Positions 1-9,500 are shown, counted from the first letter of the stretch. The stretch: 64,000 nt of DNA from an uncultured Candidatus Saccharibacteria bacterium (GCA_964356915.1 CAYHJF010000001.1:215011-279010), one strand, 5' to 3'. Notes: generated by a model not told the origin, from the sequence alone. Numbers and translations are program-made.

Positions 1-312
1 ATACGCCGTGCGAGTCTTTTTACAAATAAATTAAATGGAATTTTACTAACATTTATTCCAGATGATAACCTCTGTAAGATCGAAAGTAGTAATAGGGATG
101 TGGGCGAATATAAAGCCGATATGCCAGTTGAAATTACAGGAGATGGTCTTTCAGTAGTATTTAATTATCATTATCTTCTTGATGGTGTATTAAGTCTCCC
201 TGATAAGAAAATATTCTTAGGTTTAAATTCAGAGTCCCAACCACTTCTCATACGACCTCCAACAAATGAACAATCAATCTATATTGTAATGCCGATGAAG
301 GGCGTGGTATGA
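1..312 (+). CDS. dnaN: DNA polymerase III beta sliding clamp, C-terminal part (runs off window start)
   Basis: Frame 1 is open from base 1 (IRRASLFTNK...) and ends VFNYHYLLDGV...SQPLLIRP...YIVMPM, the typical DnaN C-terminus. Confidence 0.9.
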   Translation: MRRASLFTNKLNGILLTFIPDDNLCKIESSNRDVGEYKADMPVEITGDGLSVVFNYHYLLDGVLSLPDKKIFLGLNSESQPLLIRPPTNEQSIYIVMPMKGVV

Positions 313-593
313 GTTTTGTTAAGATCCAAGGACTTCTTCATGCCGCTTTCCAACGAATTGATAGACTTCATGTTACACAAACAACGCCAATTGACGAATA
401 TATCCAAGGGTTTTTAGGAGAAAGGGATACTCAATATATAAAAGGGATTATTGTTGTCTACACCGCCTCGTCTGTAAAAAAACAATCTCTTTTATTTAAA
501 AAAGAGAAGATTCTTACGCATTTAAAAAGTAAGTTCCCAGTGTTAGTGTTTACGGATATTAGGTTCCAGGGTCCTCGACAGAAAACGGAATAA
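309..593 (+). CDS. DUF721/DciA-like protein (putative helicase loader domain)
   Basis: Overlaps the dnaN stop (ATGA); the pattern IIVVYTASSVKKQSLLFKKEKILTHL...TDIRF resembles the DciA KH-like domain. Confidence 0.55.
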   Translation: MSFVKIQGLLHAAFQRIDRLHVTQTTPIDEYIQGFLGERDTQYIKGIIVVYTASSVKKQSLLFKKEKILTHLKSKFPVLVFTDIRFQGPRQKTE

Positions 594-3057
594 CTTTTTC
601 AGATTTATTTCGTACCACGTCGTATACGCGAAGTGTAAGTGAGTGCTCGCCAGATTTAATATTTTGGAGCACGAGTGTACCGATCGTACCTTTTACTGAG
701 CGGATGAATTCTCCATCAACAAAAATATCGATTTCTGAAATAGCGTATGTCCCGCGAATTATAGGATGAAATTCAATGCGCTGGTTATTTTTAAATCGTA
801 TTCCTAATTCCTCTTGAGATGGGAATGATATTTGAGGCCAATACATCGGCAGATGAGATGAATCCATACCAAGTTCAGTTGGAGATGGACTTATGCCATC
901 CGTCAGTCCTTGCGCGAGGGCCCACGAGCGAACGGGGCCTTCCCAAGCCCAGTACTGCGAATCTTTCTCGGGGTTTGTTGGTATTGGTCCAGTAGGATTA
1001 TCTTTTGAGACCCAATGAAGAATAGAGTGAACTTCTTGAACTACGCGTTCTTCTTGTTGCTCAAGTGGGGTGTATTCGGTAGCAAGCTTCCCAGAGCTTT
1101 TATCTAAGATATAAGAGCGAGATCCTTTCCAAATGCCTCTAAGTACGGGTTTTTGAGGCGTTTTGCTCTCTGGTGGCGTAAATTGCTCTCTAGAGGTGCG
1201 TGTAAGAGCGGCGTTCATAAATTCTCTCCATAGTGGAGCTATAATAAATCCCGCTACATTTTTTGTCATCGAAGTATTATTATTATTTCCTGCCCATGCT
1301 CCAATAACTACTGAAGGACTATAGCCTATCGTCCATACATCACGATAATCATTTGTGGTACCGGTTTTTACTGCTACCCCACCTTCTTCAAAATAGAGCG
1401 GGGAACGGGCACCGAACGTTGGAGTGCGGGCATTGTTATCGGAGAGGATGCTTGAGATTGTGCGAGCGATATTTTGATCAAGAACTTGCCTAGAGGTGAT
1501 CTTTTCTTCTTCAAGAATAGCGCCAGTGTGATCTCGTACTTCTACGATTGCATGATGGTCGGTTCGAGTTCCTTCGTTTGCAAAAACTCCGTATGCGGAG
1601 GAAAGTTCGAGAAGCGAGATTTCTCCGCCACCAAGTACAAGTGTTAAGCCGTATCGATTAGGATCCGTAAGAGTGCTAATACCAAAGTCTTCTGCGGTGC
1701 GGATGGAGTCTTTTACACCGGCAAGATAGAGCGTCTTTACTGCGGGTACGTTTAATGATTGAGCGAGGGCCTCGCGGAGAGTCACGGGTCCCCGAAACTT
1801 TTCGTCAAAATTTTGAGGGATATAAGGAGTTCCAGAGACAGCAAAATTTGTTTCCAAATCAAATACAATAGTTTCGGGAGTGTAGCCTTTCTTGAATGCT
1901 GTTGCGTATACGACGGGTTTAAATGTTGATCCGGGCTGTCGCTTGGCGAGTGTAACATTAAAATTCCCATCATGGGCGATATCAAAATAATCTCGAGACC
2001 CAACCATTGCAAGGATCCTTCCTGTCTTGGGGTCTAGTGCGATAAGTGCGAGATTTGAAGCATTAAATCGCGACTCGATATCTGGTCCTGAGCGAGTTGC
2101 AATTTCTTCCGCTTTTTCTTGGAGTGTCGCATCGAGAGACGTAATTACTTTTAAGCCTCCGCGCTCAACAAGATCTTCTCCGTATGTTTTCGTGAGAAGC
2201 TCACGTACATACATTGCAAAATGGGGCGCGCGAATGCCATGTTTTTTTTGAGGTAAAAATATTACCTTTTCTTTTTTTGCCGCCTCTAAATCTTGAGTAT
2301 TGATAAAGTTAAGATCTCGCATGCGCTCAAGAACAAGATTTTTACGTTCCTCAAGATCATCGCGGTGGTTGCCGTAGGGAGAAAAGTAAGAAGGAGCCTT
2401 TGGCAGAGCAGCAAGATACGCGGCTTCAGGGAGAGAGAGTTCGTTAGATGATTTTCCAAAGTATGTTTCCGATGCAGCTTCAACTCCATAGGCGTTTGAT
2501 CCATAAGGAATCTGATTAAGATAGAGATTTAAGATCTCGTCTTTTGAATATGCTGTTTCAAGTTTAATGGCGATGATAATCTCTTTCGCTTTCCGTGTAA
2601 GCGTCTGTTTAGGCGAGAGAAGAGTATTTTTTACGAGTTGTTGCGTGATAGTTGATCCGCCACTTCCAATGGGCTTTCCCCGAAAAACATTTACAAAGAG
2701 TACTCGAAATAATGCCGTCGGACTAAAGCCTCGATGAGAATAGAAAGACGCGTCCTCAATAGCGATGGAAGCATTTTTTATGTGGCGAGAGATTTGATCA
2801 AATGGTACGAGCGTGCGACGTTCTTCCCCGTGAATCTCCCATAGAAGTACTTCACCTGTACTGTCGTAAATCTTTGTTGATTCAGCGACCTCACGCGATT
2901 CAAATGTACGGATGGTTGGCGTCTCTACGAGAAGAAAGGTAATGGCGCCCAAAAGAAAAAATCCTCCCACAACAATACATCCGAGGAGGATCGCTCGCTT
3001 TCGATTTTTTACATATTTTCGGCGTGCTCTCGATAACACGCCATCAGTATGCCACAC
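559..3057 (-). CDS. Class A penicillin-binding protein (transglycosylase + transpeptidase, C-terminal Ig-like domain)
   Basis: N-terminal TM; GT51 motifs EDASFYSH, GGSTITQQL, RKAKE; transpeptidase motifs STFK, SLN, KTG. Confidence 0.95.
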   Translation of the reverse strand: MWHTDGVLSRARRKYVKNRKRAILLGCIVVGGFFLLGAITFLLVETPTIRTFESREVAESTKIYDSTGEVLLWEIHGEERRTLVPFDQISRHIKNASIAIEDASFYSHRGFSPTALFRVLFVNVFRGKPIGSGGSTITQQLVKNTLLSPKQTLTRKAKEIIIAIKLETAYSKDEILNLYLNQIPYGSNAYGVEAASETYFGKSSNELSLPEAAYLAALPKAPSYFSPYGNHRDDLEERKNLVLERMRDLNFINTQDLEAAKKEKVIFLPQKKHGIRAPHFAMYVRELLTKTYGEDLVERGGLKVITSLDATLQEKAEEIATRSGPDIESRFNASNLALIALDPKTGRILAMVGSRDYFDIAHDGNFNVTLAKRQPGSTFKPVVYATAFKKGYTPETIVFDLETNFAVSGTPYIPQNFDEKFRGPVTLREALAQSLNVPAVKTLYLAGVKDSIRTAEDFGISTLTDPNRYGLTLVLGGGEISLLELSSAYGVFANEGTRTDHHAIVEVRDHTGAILEEEKITSRQVLDQNIARTISSILSDNNARTPTFGARSPLYFEEGGVAVKTGTTNDYRDVWTIGYSPSVVIGAWAGNNNNTSMTKNVAGFIIAPLWREFMNAALTRTSREQFTPPESKTPQKPVLRGIWKGSRSYILDKSSGKLATEYTPLEQQEERVVQEVHSILHWVSKDNPTGPIPTNPEKDSQYWAWEGPVRSWALAQGLTDGISPSPTELGMDSSHLPMYWPQISFPSQEELGIRFKNNQRIEFHPIIRGTYAISEIDIFVDGEFIRSVKGTIGTLVLQNIKSGEHSLTLRVYDVVRNKSEKVIPFSVEDPGT

Positions 3058-3087
3058 AATGTAGAAAAATCCAGAGAGTCACAAGGT

Positions 3088-3121
3088 AAAAAAATAGCCC
3101 CGTCATGGGGCTATTTTTTTT
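3088..3121. terminator. Bidirectional intrinsic terminator
   Basis: ATAGCCCC-gtcat-GGGGCTAT flanked by an A-run and a T-run. Confidence 0.8.
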
Positions 3122-3245
3122 ACATATCATCGTCCTCGGTAAACGGATCTATTCCGTCATCATCGAGATCCGAATCATCGTCATCATCAACATCGCTATC
3201 TTCACTTTCTTCGTCGTCGTTTTGAAATGAGTAGTCGTAGATCAC
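3120..3245 (-). CDS. Small, extremely acidic peptide (41 aa from GTG)
   Basis: MIYDYSFQNDDEESEDSDVDDDDDSDLDDDGIDPFTEDDDM; ends directly at a terminator; start is uncertain (ORF track extends it to 3401). Confidence 0.55.
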   Translation of the reverse strand: MIYDYSFQNDDEESEDSDVDDDDDSDLDDDGIDPFTEDDDM

Positions 3246-3348
3246 AGATTCTGATTGAGTGTTAGTTCTGTTTAAGACCTTTCGCTGTTTCGATATTAAT
3301 ATATACCAAGAATTATTTTTTTGCAGTATATCCTTCGCGTATGGTTTC

Positions 3349-3357
3349 TGTGGATAA
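3349..3357 (-). promoter_or_regulatory. Single consensus DnaA box
   Basis: TGTGGATAA on + equals TTATCCACA on -; lies just after the ruvC stop. Confidence 0.45.
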
Positions 3358-3822
3358 CTAGCGAGGATGTATAAGACATAGTGCAAGAGCATCAAGAGCA
3401 TCGTCAGATGAAATAGTATCCTTTATGTGAAGAATATTACGGACCATCCATGCCACTTGGCGTTTTTCAGCATTCCCTACACCTGTTACGCCGAGCTTTA
3501 CTTCATTTGGCGTAAACTCAAATATAGGCATACCAGATTCGGCGAGCGTTGCCATAATGACTCCGCGAGCTTCGGCAACCCGAAGCGCCGTTTTTTTATT
3601 CTTGGAGAAAAACAGCCTTTCAATGTGTACCACATCAGGTTCTATTCGTGCAAGGATAGACTGAAGTTCCGTTCTGATGAGTACGAGTCGTTCGCGATCA
3701 ACGAGAGTGCGTGGGGTTACAATGCAGCCACAGTCACGGTATTCAACTCGAGATCCCTCAGCTTCAATGTAGCCCCATCCCATGCGTTCGATGCCAGGAT
3801 CAATGCCAAGAATACGCTTCAT
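3358..3822 (-). CDS. ruvC: Holliday junction resolvase RuvC
   Basis: ILGIDPG, IERLFF, AEARGV, GVGNAEKRQV, DDALDALA. Confidence 0.96.
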   Translation of the reverse strand: MKRILGIDPGIERMGWGYIEAEGSRVEYRDCGCIVTPRTLVDRERLVLIRTELQSILARIEPDVVHIERLFFSKNKKTALRVAEARGVIMATLAESGMPIFEFTPNEVKLGVTGVGNAEKRQVAWMVRNILHIKDTISSDDALDALALCLIHPR

Positions 3823-4364
3823 TCTTTATTATTCGCGTATATTTCTTGGACGTCATCATGCTCGTCTATTGCATCCATGAGCAGTAAGAGTCTCTCTTCA
3901 TCTTCGGGAGAAAGGGAGACAAGAGAATGCTCCTGAGGCGTCCAGTCAGTTCCATCTTTTATAAATGCCCAGAGAACGCTACCTTGATTTGCCCAGTGGG
4001 CAGCGCGCTCTGAAAGGAGATGTTTAATCTCATTTGATGTTCGATTGTTGTTGTCGGTGATTCCCGTAATGATAAGAGCGACTCCTCCTGGTCCATACGC
4101 TTCATAAATAAACTCTTGGAGCATGGTAAGTTGTCCATCGCCAACTCCTTTTGCAATCGCGCGCTCAATATTATCTTGAGGCATGTTTACCTCGCGTGCT
4201 TTTAAAATTGCCGCGCGTAACGAAGCGTTTGTTTCGGGGTCTTTCCCTTTTTCTCGTGCGGCGATAGTGATGATGCGCGCAATCTTGCTATAGATTTTTG
4301 CTTTTTTAGCATCGGTCGCTGCTTTTTTATGTTTTATTTGGGACCATTTTGAGTGACCTGACAT
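3819..4364 (-). CDS. yebC: YebC/PmpR family protein (short form)
   Basis: MSGHSKWSQIKHKK, YEAYGPGGVA, TDNNNRT; next to ruvC. Confidence 0.95.
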   Translation of the reverse strand: MSGHSKWSQIKHKKAATDAKKAKIYSKIARIITIAAREKGKDPETNASLRAAILKAREVNMPQDNIERAIAKGVGDGQLTMLQEFIYEAYGPGGVALIITGITDNNNRTSNEIKHLLSERAAHWANQGSVLWAFIKDGTDWTPQEHSLVSLSPEDEERLLLLMDAIDEHDDVQEIYANNKE

Positions 4365-4385
4365 ATAGGCACAACTGTAGCGGAG

Positions 4386-4868
4386 TTATTTTTTTCTCGC
4401 AATTGCAAGAACTCTATCTTTAACTTCCATTGGATTTGCGACCTGACTTATGACAAAATTTGTTTCTCCTGCGGTGTGAACGGTGATCGTGCCAAAGTTA
4501 AAAAAAGATGCGACAATCCCAATTGTTTCCACACTCACATCTTGCACGCGCTCGACGCCAAACTCAGAGACTTCGCGATGAAAAAGACTGTGTTGTTCGA
4601 TGACGATTACACGCGACGACGTAACAACAAGTGCGTCGAGCCAGATGCGCAGGAATTCAATATAAAATATGATTAATAACACGAGCCAATAAAGCGAAGA
4701 GAGAAAGATACTATATTTTTTTAATACGGCAATGTTTGCTGAGTCTAACCAAAATATAATGACAGGCACAAAGAAAAGGAGTGTGATTCCTGTGGCAACT
4801 GATGCCATCACCATCCAGTGTTTACGTGCCACAACAACGATTACTTCATGTTCTTTTAAGCTAATCAT
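4386..4868 (-). CDS. Membrane protein with bacterial PH (bPH_2) domain
   Basis: ARKHW, two TM helices, VVTSSRVI...VQDVSV...NFGTITVHTAG. Confidence 0.8.
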   Translation of the reverse strand: MISLKEHEVIVVVARKHWMVMASVATGITLLFFVPVIIFWLDSANIAVLKKYSIFLSSLYWLVLLIIFYIEFLRIWLDALVVTSSRVIVIEQHSLFHREVSEFGVERVQDVSVETIGIVASFFNFGTITVHTAGETNFVISQVANPMEVKDRVLAIARKK

Positions 4869-5062
4869 GTTTTCAAGATGCTTATAAAACTTACGAATGA
4901 AAGAGCAATAAGGCTACCAATGCCAATTTGGAGTATTTTCATCCAACGAAGCGCAGGGTCGCCAGAGAGCATAAAGCGACGTTCGTGGTAAGTGACAGCG
5001 AAGAGAAGTAAGAGGTATATGACAAGAAAGATTGCGTATCCGATAGTAAGGAGTTGTTTCAT
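4865..5062 (-). CDS. Small two-TM hypothetical protein
   Basis: Overlaps ruvB and the PH-domain gene by 4 bp each; two hydrophobic segments. Confidence 0.65.
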   Translation of the reverse strand: MKQLLTIGYAIFLVIYLLLLFAVTYHERRFMLSGDPALRWMKILQIGIGSLIALSFVSFISILKT

Positions 5063-6069
5063 GAGATAAGTCGCTGTTGGTCGGGGCGCTCGGGAATTCC
5101 GAGGTGCCGGTATGCTGCGTTTGTTGCCATGCGCCCACGAGGCGTTCGCTCAAGAAAACCTAACCGCAAAAGATATGGTTCATGAATTTCTTCAATAGTA
5201 CTTTCTTCTTCCGCGCTCGCTGCCGCAAGAGTTCCAACTCCCACAGGTCCACCATTGAATTTATTGATGATAATATCGAGAATGCGTCGATCTTCTGCGT
5301 CGAGACCAACGGAGTCAATTTCTAAAAGCCCAAGGGCCATATCCGCTATCTTTTGAGTAATAATTCCATCACCTCGCACCATCGCTACATCGCGGCAACG
5401 CTTGAGTAAATGATTCGCGCGTCGCGGTGTACAGCGCGATCGGCGGGCAATTTCTTCGATCGCACTTTCCTCGATCTCGATACTAAGAATATGTGCCGAT
5501 CGACGTAAAATTTCACCAATGTCTTCATTAGTATAAAACTCGAGACGATATGTACCGCCAGAAAAACGAGAGCGCAAAGGAGACGAGAGAAGCGCGATAC
5601 GTGTAGTAGCCGCAATGAGCGTAAACGCAGGTAACTCTATTTGGATTGTGCGCGCGCCTGGTCCCTTGCCAATGATGATGTCGAGTGATCGAGCTTCCAT
5701 CGCGGGGTAGAGAATCTCTTCAATCATCTTATTAAGACGATGAGCTTCATCAATAAAGAGAATATCTCCTGGAGAAAGATTTGTAAGAATGGAGGCAAGA
5801 TCGCCTACCCGTTCAATGGCGGGACCTGATGTTACTTTCATCTGAGCGCCCATTTCTTTACTGATAAGATGAGCAAGGGTTGTCTTACCAAGACCCGCAG
5901 GACCATAAAATAACACGTGCTCGAGAGGTTCTCCTCGTTGCTGGGCAGCTTCAATTAAGATACGCAAATTTTCTTTTATTTGTTTTTGACCGATGTATTC
6001 ATCCCACCGCGAGGGGCGGAGGGTGCTGTCGAGAGCGATATCATCTGGTTTTGTGGGTGGTATTGACAT
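5059..6069 (-). CDS. ruvB: Holliday junction branch-migration helicase RuvB
   Basis: [35 protein letters not shown]. Confidence 0.97.
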   Translation of the reverse strand: MSIPPTKPDDIALDSTLRPSRWDEYIGQKQIKENLRILIEAAQQRGEPLEHVLFYGPAGLGKTTLAHLISKEMGAQMKVTSGPAIERVGDLASILTNLSPGDILFIDEAHRLNKMIEEILYPAMEARSLDIIIGKGPGARTIQIELPAFTLIAATTRIALLSSPLRSRFSGGTYRLEFYTNEDIGEILRRSAHILSIEIEESAIEEIARRSRCTPRRANHLLKRCRDVAMVRGDGIITQKIADMALGLLEIDSVGLDAEDRRILDIIINKFNGGPVGVGTLAAASAEEESTIEEIHEPYLLRLGFLERTPRGRMATNAAYRHLGIPERPDQQRLIS

Positions 6070-6091
6070 TTTCGTTTTTTTCAGGTAGAAT
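6063..6091 (+). promoter_or_regulatory. Near-consensus sigma70 promoter pointing into the ruvB-pilB intergenic region
   Basis: TTGACA (6063-6068), 17 bp, TAGAAT (6086-6091). Confidence 0.75.
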
Positions 6092-6097
6092 AGGAGA

Positions 6098-6340
6098 ACT
6101 TGAAATTAGAATCCCTCAGCAAGCCTCCAGGCGAATGAGGTTTTCCTTATCTGGGCCATCTTTTAGCTCGGGCAGCTCGGGTCCCTCTCCCTCTATCGTA
6201 TAAGACAGGAGACAGAAACGAAACCCTATCCTCTTAGACGCGAGAGGGAGGGGGCCGCTCGGCTGTTCCTCGAAGGGGCTCTCAGCTCTCTGCACCCATG
6301 CGAGAGCACTTTGCCTGGAGACTTGTCGAGGGATTTTTTA
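6098..6340 (+). ncRNA. Candidate structured ncRNA, rod-like (possibly 6S-like; unassigned)
   Basis: Closing stem 6110-6135/6310-6335, inner stem ~6170-6194/6243-6268 with G-U pairs favouring +, side hairpin 6285-6307; upstream promoter and 3' T-run; no credible ORF. Confidence 0.6.
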
Positions 6341-6343
6341 TTT

Positions 6344-8002
6344 CTACGGAAGCCCAACAATACGTTCTAATTCTTCAAATGAGGTGGCTCCAGATAATAT
6401 TTTTAAAATACCATCCTTTTGCATCGTGAGCATTCCTTGTTTTTCTGCGAGTGCAAGTACCTCCGCCTCCGGCGGATTTTTTAAAATAAGCCGTTCAATC
6501 TCATCATCAATTAAAAAGACCTCATAAATACCAATACGTCCTCGGTACCCAGTGTGGTTGCATTCTCCGCATGAGCCAGCTGTGTAGGTAGTTATGTGAT
6601 CGAGAGAGGGACGTTCATATTCCGCTGGGAGAGAAGTTACGACTTTTTCAATAACTATTTTTTGTTCTGGAGTTGGACTCGTCTCTTTTTTACAGTGTTT
6701 ACAAAGTACGCGTACGAGACGTTGAGCGATCGCAACGTTAATCGCAGGGGCGAGAATATTCGCTGAAATTCCAAGATCGACAAGGCGCGGGATAGTGCCA
6801 GCTGCTGAGTTTGTGTGGAGTGTTGAGAATACGAGGTGTCCAGTGAGAGATGCGTGCATTGCAATTTCTGCAGTTTCTTTGTTGCGAATTTCTCCGACAA
6901 GAATAACATCTGGGTCTTGCCGCACGATTGCCGAAAGACCATTTTCAAACGTATAGCCGGCTTCTTTGTTGACCTGCGTTTGAGATATTCCCTCGAGATG
7001 ATATTCAATCGGATCTTCGATGGTAATAATCTTCATTCCAGGCTCTTCCCGAACTTTTTTAAGAAATGCGTAAAGTGTGGTTGTTTTTCCAGATCCCGTT
7101 GGCCCTGTTGTAATAATCATTCCATTCGGACGATTTAATTCTTTGAGCATAAGTTTAAATACGGGAGGTTGCATGCCGAGGTCATCAAACCCAAGTGCAA
7201 TTGCCTTTGGGTTCAAGATACGCATGACAACTGATTCGCCATATGGACCGGGGAGCGTTGAGACACGCACCTCGATAGCAGCTTCTTTTGCGCGAATTGT
7301 GAATCGTCCGTCTTGTGAGCGATCAATAACATTAAGCTTTAGATGAGAAACCAGTTTAATGCGATTCATGATCGCGTGATGGAGGTCATGTGAGAAGTCG
7401 GCGATATCTTGTAAGAGACCATCTATACGGAGGCGGAGACGAACTCGCTCTTCCTCAGCTTCGATGTGAACGTCGGATGCTTCGAGGATGAGTGCTCCAA
7501 GTAAGATCATCTCGAGAACTTCCGAGGTATGTCCCAGACCACGAAGAGATATTTTTTTTGAGAGAATAACGCCCAAAGTTTGGGCATTTGTTACGCGCTC
7601 ATGGAATTCTTGAAAATCAGAACGCGTGATATCAACAACATTTGTTGTAATAATAACCTCGGCCGGTATTTCTTTGTATCGACTCCAAACATGCTCAAGT
7701 CCCGGTAGAGATCCAAGAAAGATTTGTGGGGTATAACCGAGGCGGCGCAGTTCTTCAATTTTTTCTTTTATAGAATCAAGATTCGGATTTTTTACTACGA
7801 TTTGTAGTTGTTTGCCTGCCGATTGAATGACTGCCATGCCAAGCATTCGAGCCTGCTCTTCAGAGATGAGTTTTAAAGTATCAAGGTCGACGGCGATTCT
7901 ATTGAGGTTGAGGTAGGCTACTCCATAGCGCTGCGCCATAATTTGGGCAAGCTCTTCAGCCTCTTTTTTTTCTATATTCTTGATTTTATCGTTTTGGTCC
8001 AC
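6344..8002 (-). CDS. pilB: GspE/PulE/PilB family type IV pilus assembly ATPase
   Basis: ASDVHIE, QDGRF, GPTGSGKTTT, EDPIEY, RQDPDVILVGEIR, TGHLVFSTLHTN, CxxC pairs. Confidence 0.92.
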   Translation of the reverse strand: MDQNDKIKNIEKKEAEELAQIMAQRYGVAYLNLNRIAVDLDTLKLISEEQARMLGMAVIQSAGKQLQIVVKNPNLDSIKEKIEELRRLGYTPQIFLGSLPGLEHVWSRYKEIPAEVIITTNVVDITRSDFQEFHERVTNAQTLGVILSKKISLRGLGHTSEVLEMILLGALILEASDVHIEAEEERVRLRLRIDGLLQDIADFSHDLHHAIMNRIKLVSHLKLNVIDRSQDGRFTIRAKEAAIEVRVSTLPGPYGESVVMRILNPKAIALGFDDLGMQPPVFKLMLKELNRPNGMIITTGPTGSGKTTTLYAFLKKVREEPGMKIITIEDPIEYHLEGISQTQVNKEAGYTFENGLSAIVRQDPDVILVGEIRNKETAEIAMHASLTGHLVFSTLHTNSAAGTIPRLVDLGISANILAPAINVAIAQRLVRVLCKHCKKETSPTPEQKIVIEKVVTSLPAEYERPSLDHITTYTAGSCGECNHTGYRGRIGIYEVFLIDDEIERLILKNPPEAEVLALAEKQGMLTMQKDGILKILSGATSFEELERIVGLP

Positions 8003-8016
8003 GCACTTATTCTACC

Positions 8017-8862
8017 TTAGCGAGTAGAGTGCAGCAATTTTCGTATTGCTCCTTCACCATCGACGAAATTTTCAAACTCCGGCAAAAGAATGTATTGTTT
8101 TTGTGGTAGTACTGATCCAAGTCGAGAAGATGCGGCTACTAACAGGGCGGAGTCTTTGGACCACAAGATGCCCGTAGTTTGATCCTCGTCAATGAGTTGC
8201 CAAAAGATTATAACGATGCGCGGGAGATTTGCGAGGTCAGCAAATTTTTGTACAAGTTCCGGGATGTCCTCTCCTTTTGCATTTGTTTTTACTAAGTCCT
8301 CTCGAGTTAAAAATGACCATAGAGTTTCAAGATCGGCTTCTTCTCGGGAGCGCGCCATAATGCGCCCGAGGAGTTGGGCGTGCTCCGTAGAGATTTTTTC
8401 TTGTGCGAGAGGTTTCATGTACTCATCAAGCATGAGGTGTTGCGTAGAGGTGTGCTGAGGAAGATTTTCAATGAATTGCTCGGATTCTTCTTCTGATGAG
8501 AAGCCGACGGTGATAATGAGGTCCGCCGTAGGGATGCGTTCTTGAAATGAGAGAGCGTCCCTTGAAAAGGTTTTTCTGTGCGAAAGGAATATAGTAAGAG
8601 AGTCATCCGTTTTTTCATATCGAAGTTCTTCAACAGGGGAGCGTCGAGTATCAACTAAAATCACATATTCTTTTTTAGGGAGAGGGATACCAAATGTATC
8701 ATGCCAGACAGTTTCTTTTTCTTCCGGAGCGATAAGATAGACTTTCTCGGGAGCTAGTTTTTGAATCTGCAGTGCCGCCAAATAGTCCTTATCAGATGCT
8801 TTTTGAGGAACTACGACGAGGACAGATGTTGCTTGGGTGATTGCGGCGTGGAGCTCATTCAT
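8017..8862 (-). CDS. Hypothetical protein, possibly a degenerate DHH-family phosphoesterase relative
   Basis: VEELRYEKTDDSLTIFL and ADLIITVG recall CPR DHH-like proteins, but there is no DHH motif. Confidence 0.45.
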   Translation of the reverse strand: MNELHAAITQATSVLVVVPQKASDKDYLAALQIQKLAPEKVYLIAPEEKETVWHDTFGIPLPKKEYVILVDTRRSPVEELRYEKTDDSLTIFLSHRKTFSRDALSFQERIPTADLIITVGFSSEEESEQFIENLPQHTSTQHLMLDEYMKPLAQEKISTEHAQLLGRIMARSREEADLETLWSFLTREDLVKTNAKGEDIPELVQKFADLANLPRIVIIFWQLIDEDQTTGILWSKDSALLVAASSRLGSVLPQKQYILLPEFENFVDGEGAIRKLLHSTR

Positions 8863-8905
8863 CAGTCCATTCCTAGCATGTAGGGGGGCGTTTCTTCAAT
8901 GATAC

Positions 8906-8934
8906 TTGACTTATAGCTTATTTTATAGTATAAT
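8906..8934 (+). promoter_or_regulatory. sigma70 promoter of the lipoprotein cassette
   Basis: TTGACT, 17 bp, TATAAT; AGGAGG at 8980-8985. Confidence 0.8.
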
Positions 8935-8994
8935 AGAAAAAGGATAGACTTTAGCGTTCCCTTGAGTGGGGCGCCAAACAGGAGGAAGTTCTTC

Positions 8995-9411
8995 ATGAAG
9001 AGAGTGCTTACTGGACTGATGCTGGTTCTGCTCGCTGGGTGTGGGATGTCCGTCCGGGTTGGCGATCCGGGGCCAGGCAGACCGCCTCGCGAAGTGTTCG
9101 CGTGGGGTCTCGACATGCATGATGGCCCCACAGGCTTCGATCGACTCAACTACGACCCAGCACTCGACTACGTGCCAACGGGGCGACCCTACAGCCGTCC
9201 ACCGCTCTCGTATCGTCGGTACAGCCCTGATGGTCAGCAGGAGATCGTATGTCACTCGACGGATGTGGAGTGTCGACGACTTCAAGGCGAGATCGAGGGT
9301 CAGCGCCGAGCTGCAGAAGAGAACGGCAATGATGCGCAGGAGCGTGCTCGGAAGGATGCATACTGTCGAGTGCGACCGAGTGCCGATGAGTGCAGGCCTC
9401 CACAAGAATAA
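8995..9411 (+). CDS. Orphan lipoprotein
   Basis: SD AGGAGG then ATG at 8995; MKRVLTGLMLVLLAGC lipobox; four further Cys; visibly GC-richer than neighbours; hairpins at 9413-9427 and 9436-9476. Confidence 0.75.
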   Translation: MKRVLTGLMLVLLAGCGMSVRVGDPGPGRPPREVFAWGLDMHDGPTGFDRLNYDPALDYVPTGRPYSRPPLSYRRYSPDGQQEIVCHSTDVECRRLQGEIEGQRRAAEENGNDAQERARKDAYCRVRPSADECRPPQE

Positions 9412-9500
9412 CGACCCCTTTGGGGTCCCAACCAGAGAGCCACCGGTGACACATGTCGCCGTGTGGCTCTTTTTTGTTTTATGTTAGTCTGAAGATGCTT

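Noticed and set aside
3349-3357. Replication origin near dnaN
   Set aside because: Only one DnaA box seen, with no box cluster or unwinding element; oriC more likely lies before the window start
5880-6203. 107-aa + strand ORF and its internal 22-aa ORF from ATG 6135
   Set aside because: Mostly antisense to ruvB; low-complexity product; region better explained by promoter plus RNA structure
6098-6340. RNase P RNA, SRP RNA or tmRNA identity for the intergenic structure
   Set aside because: No GAGGAAAGUCC, no SRP domain IV motif and no tRNA-Ala-like ends on either strand
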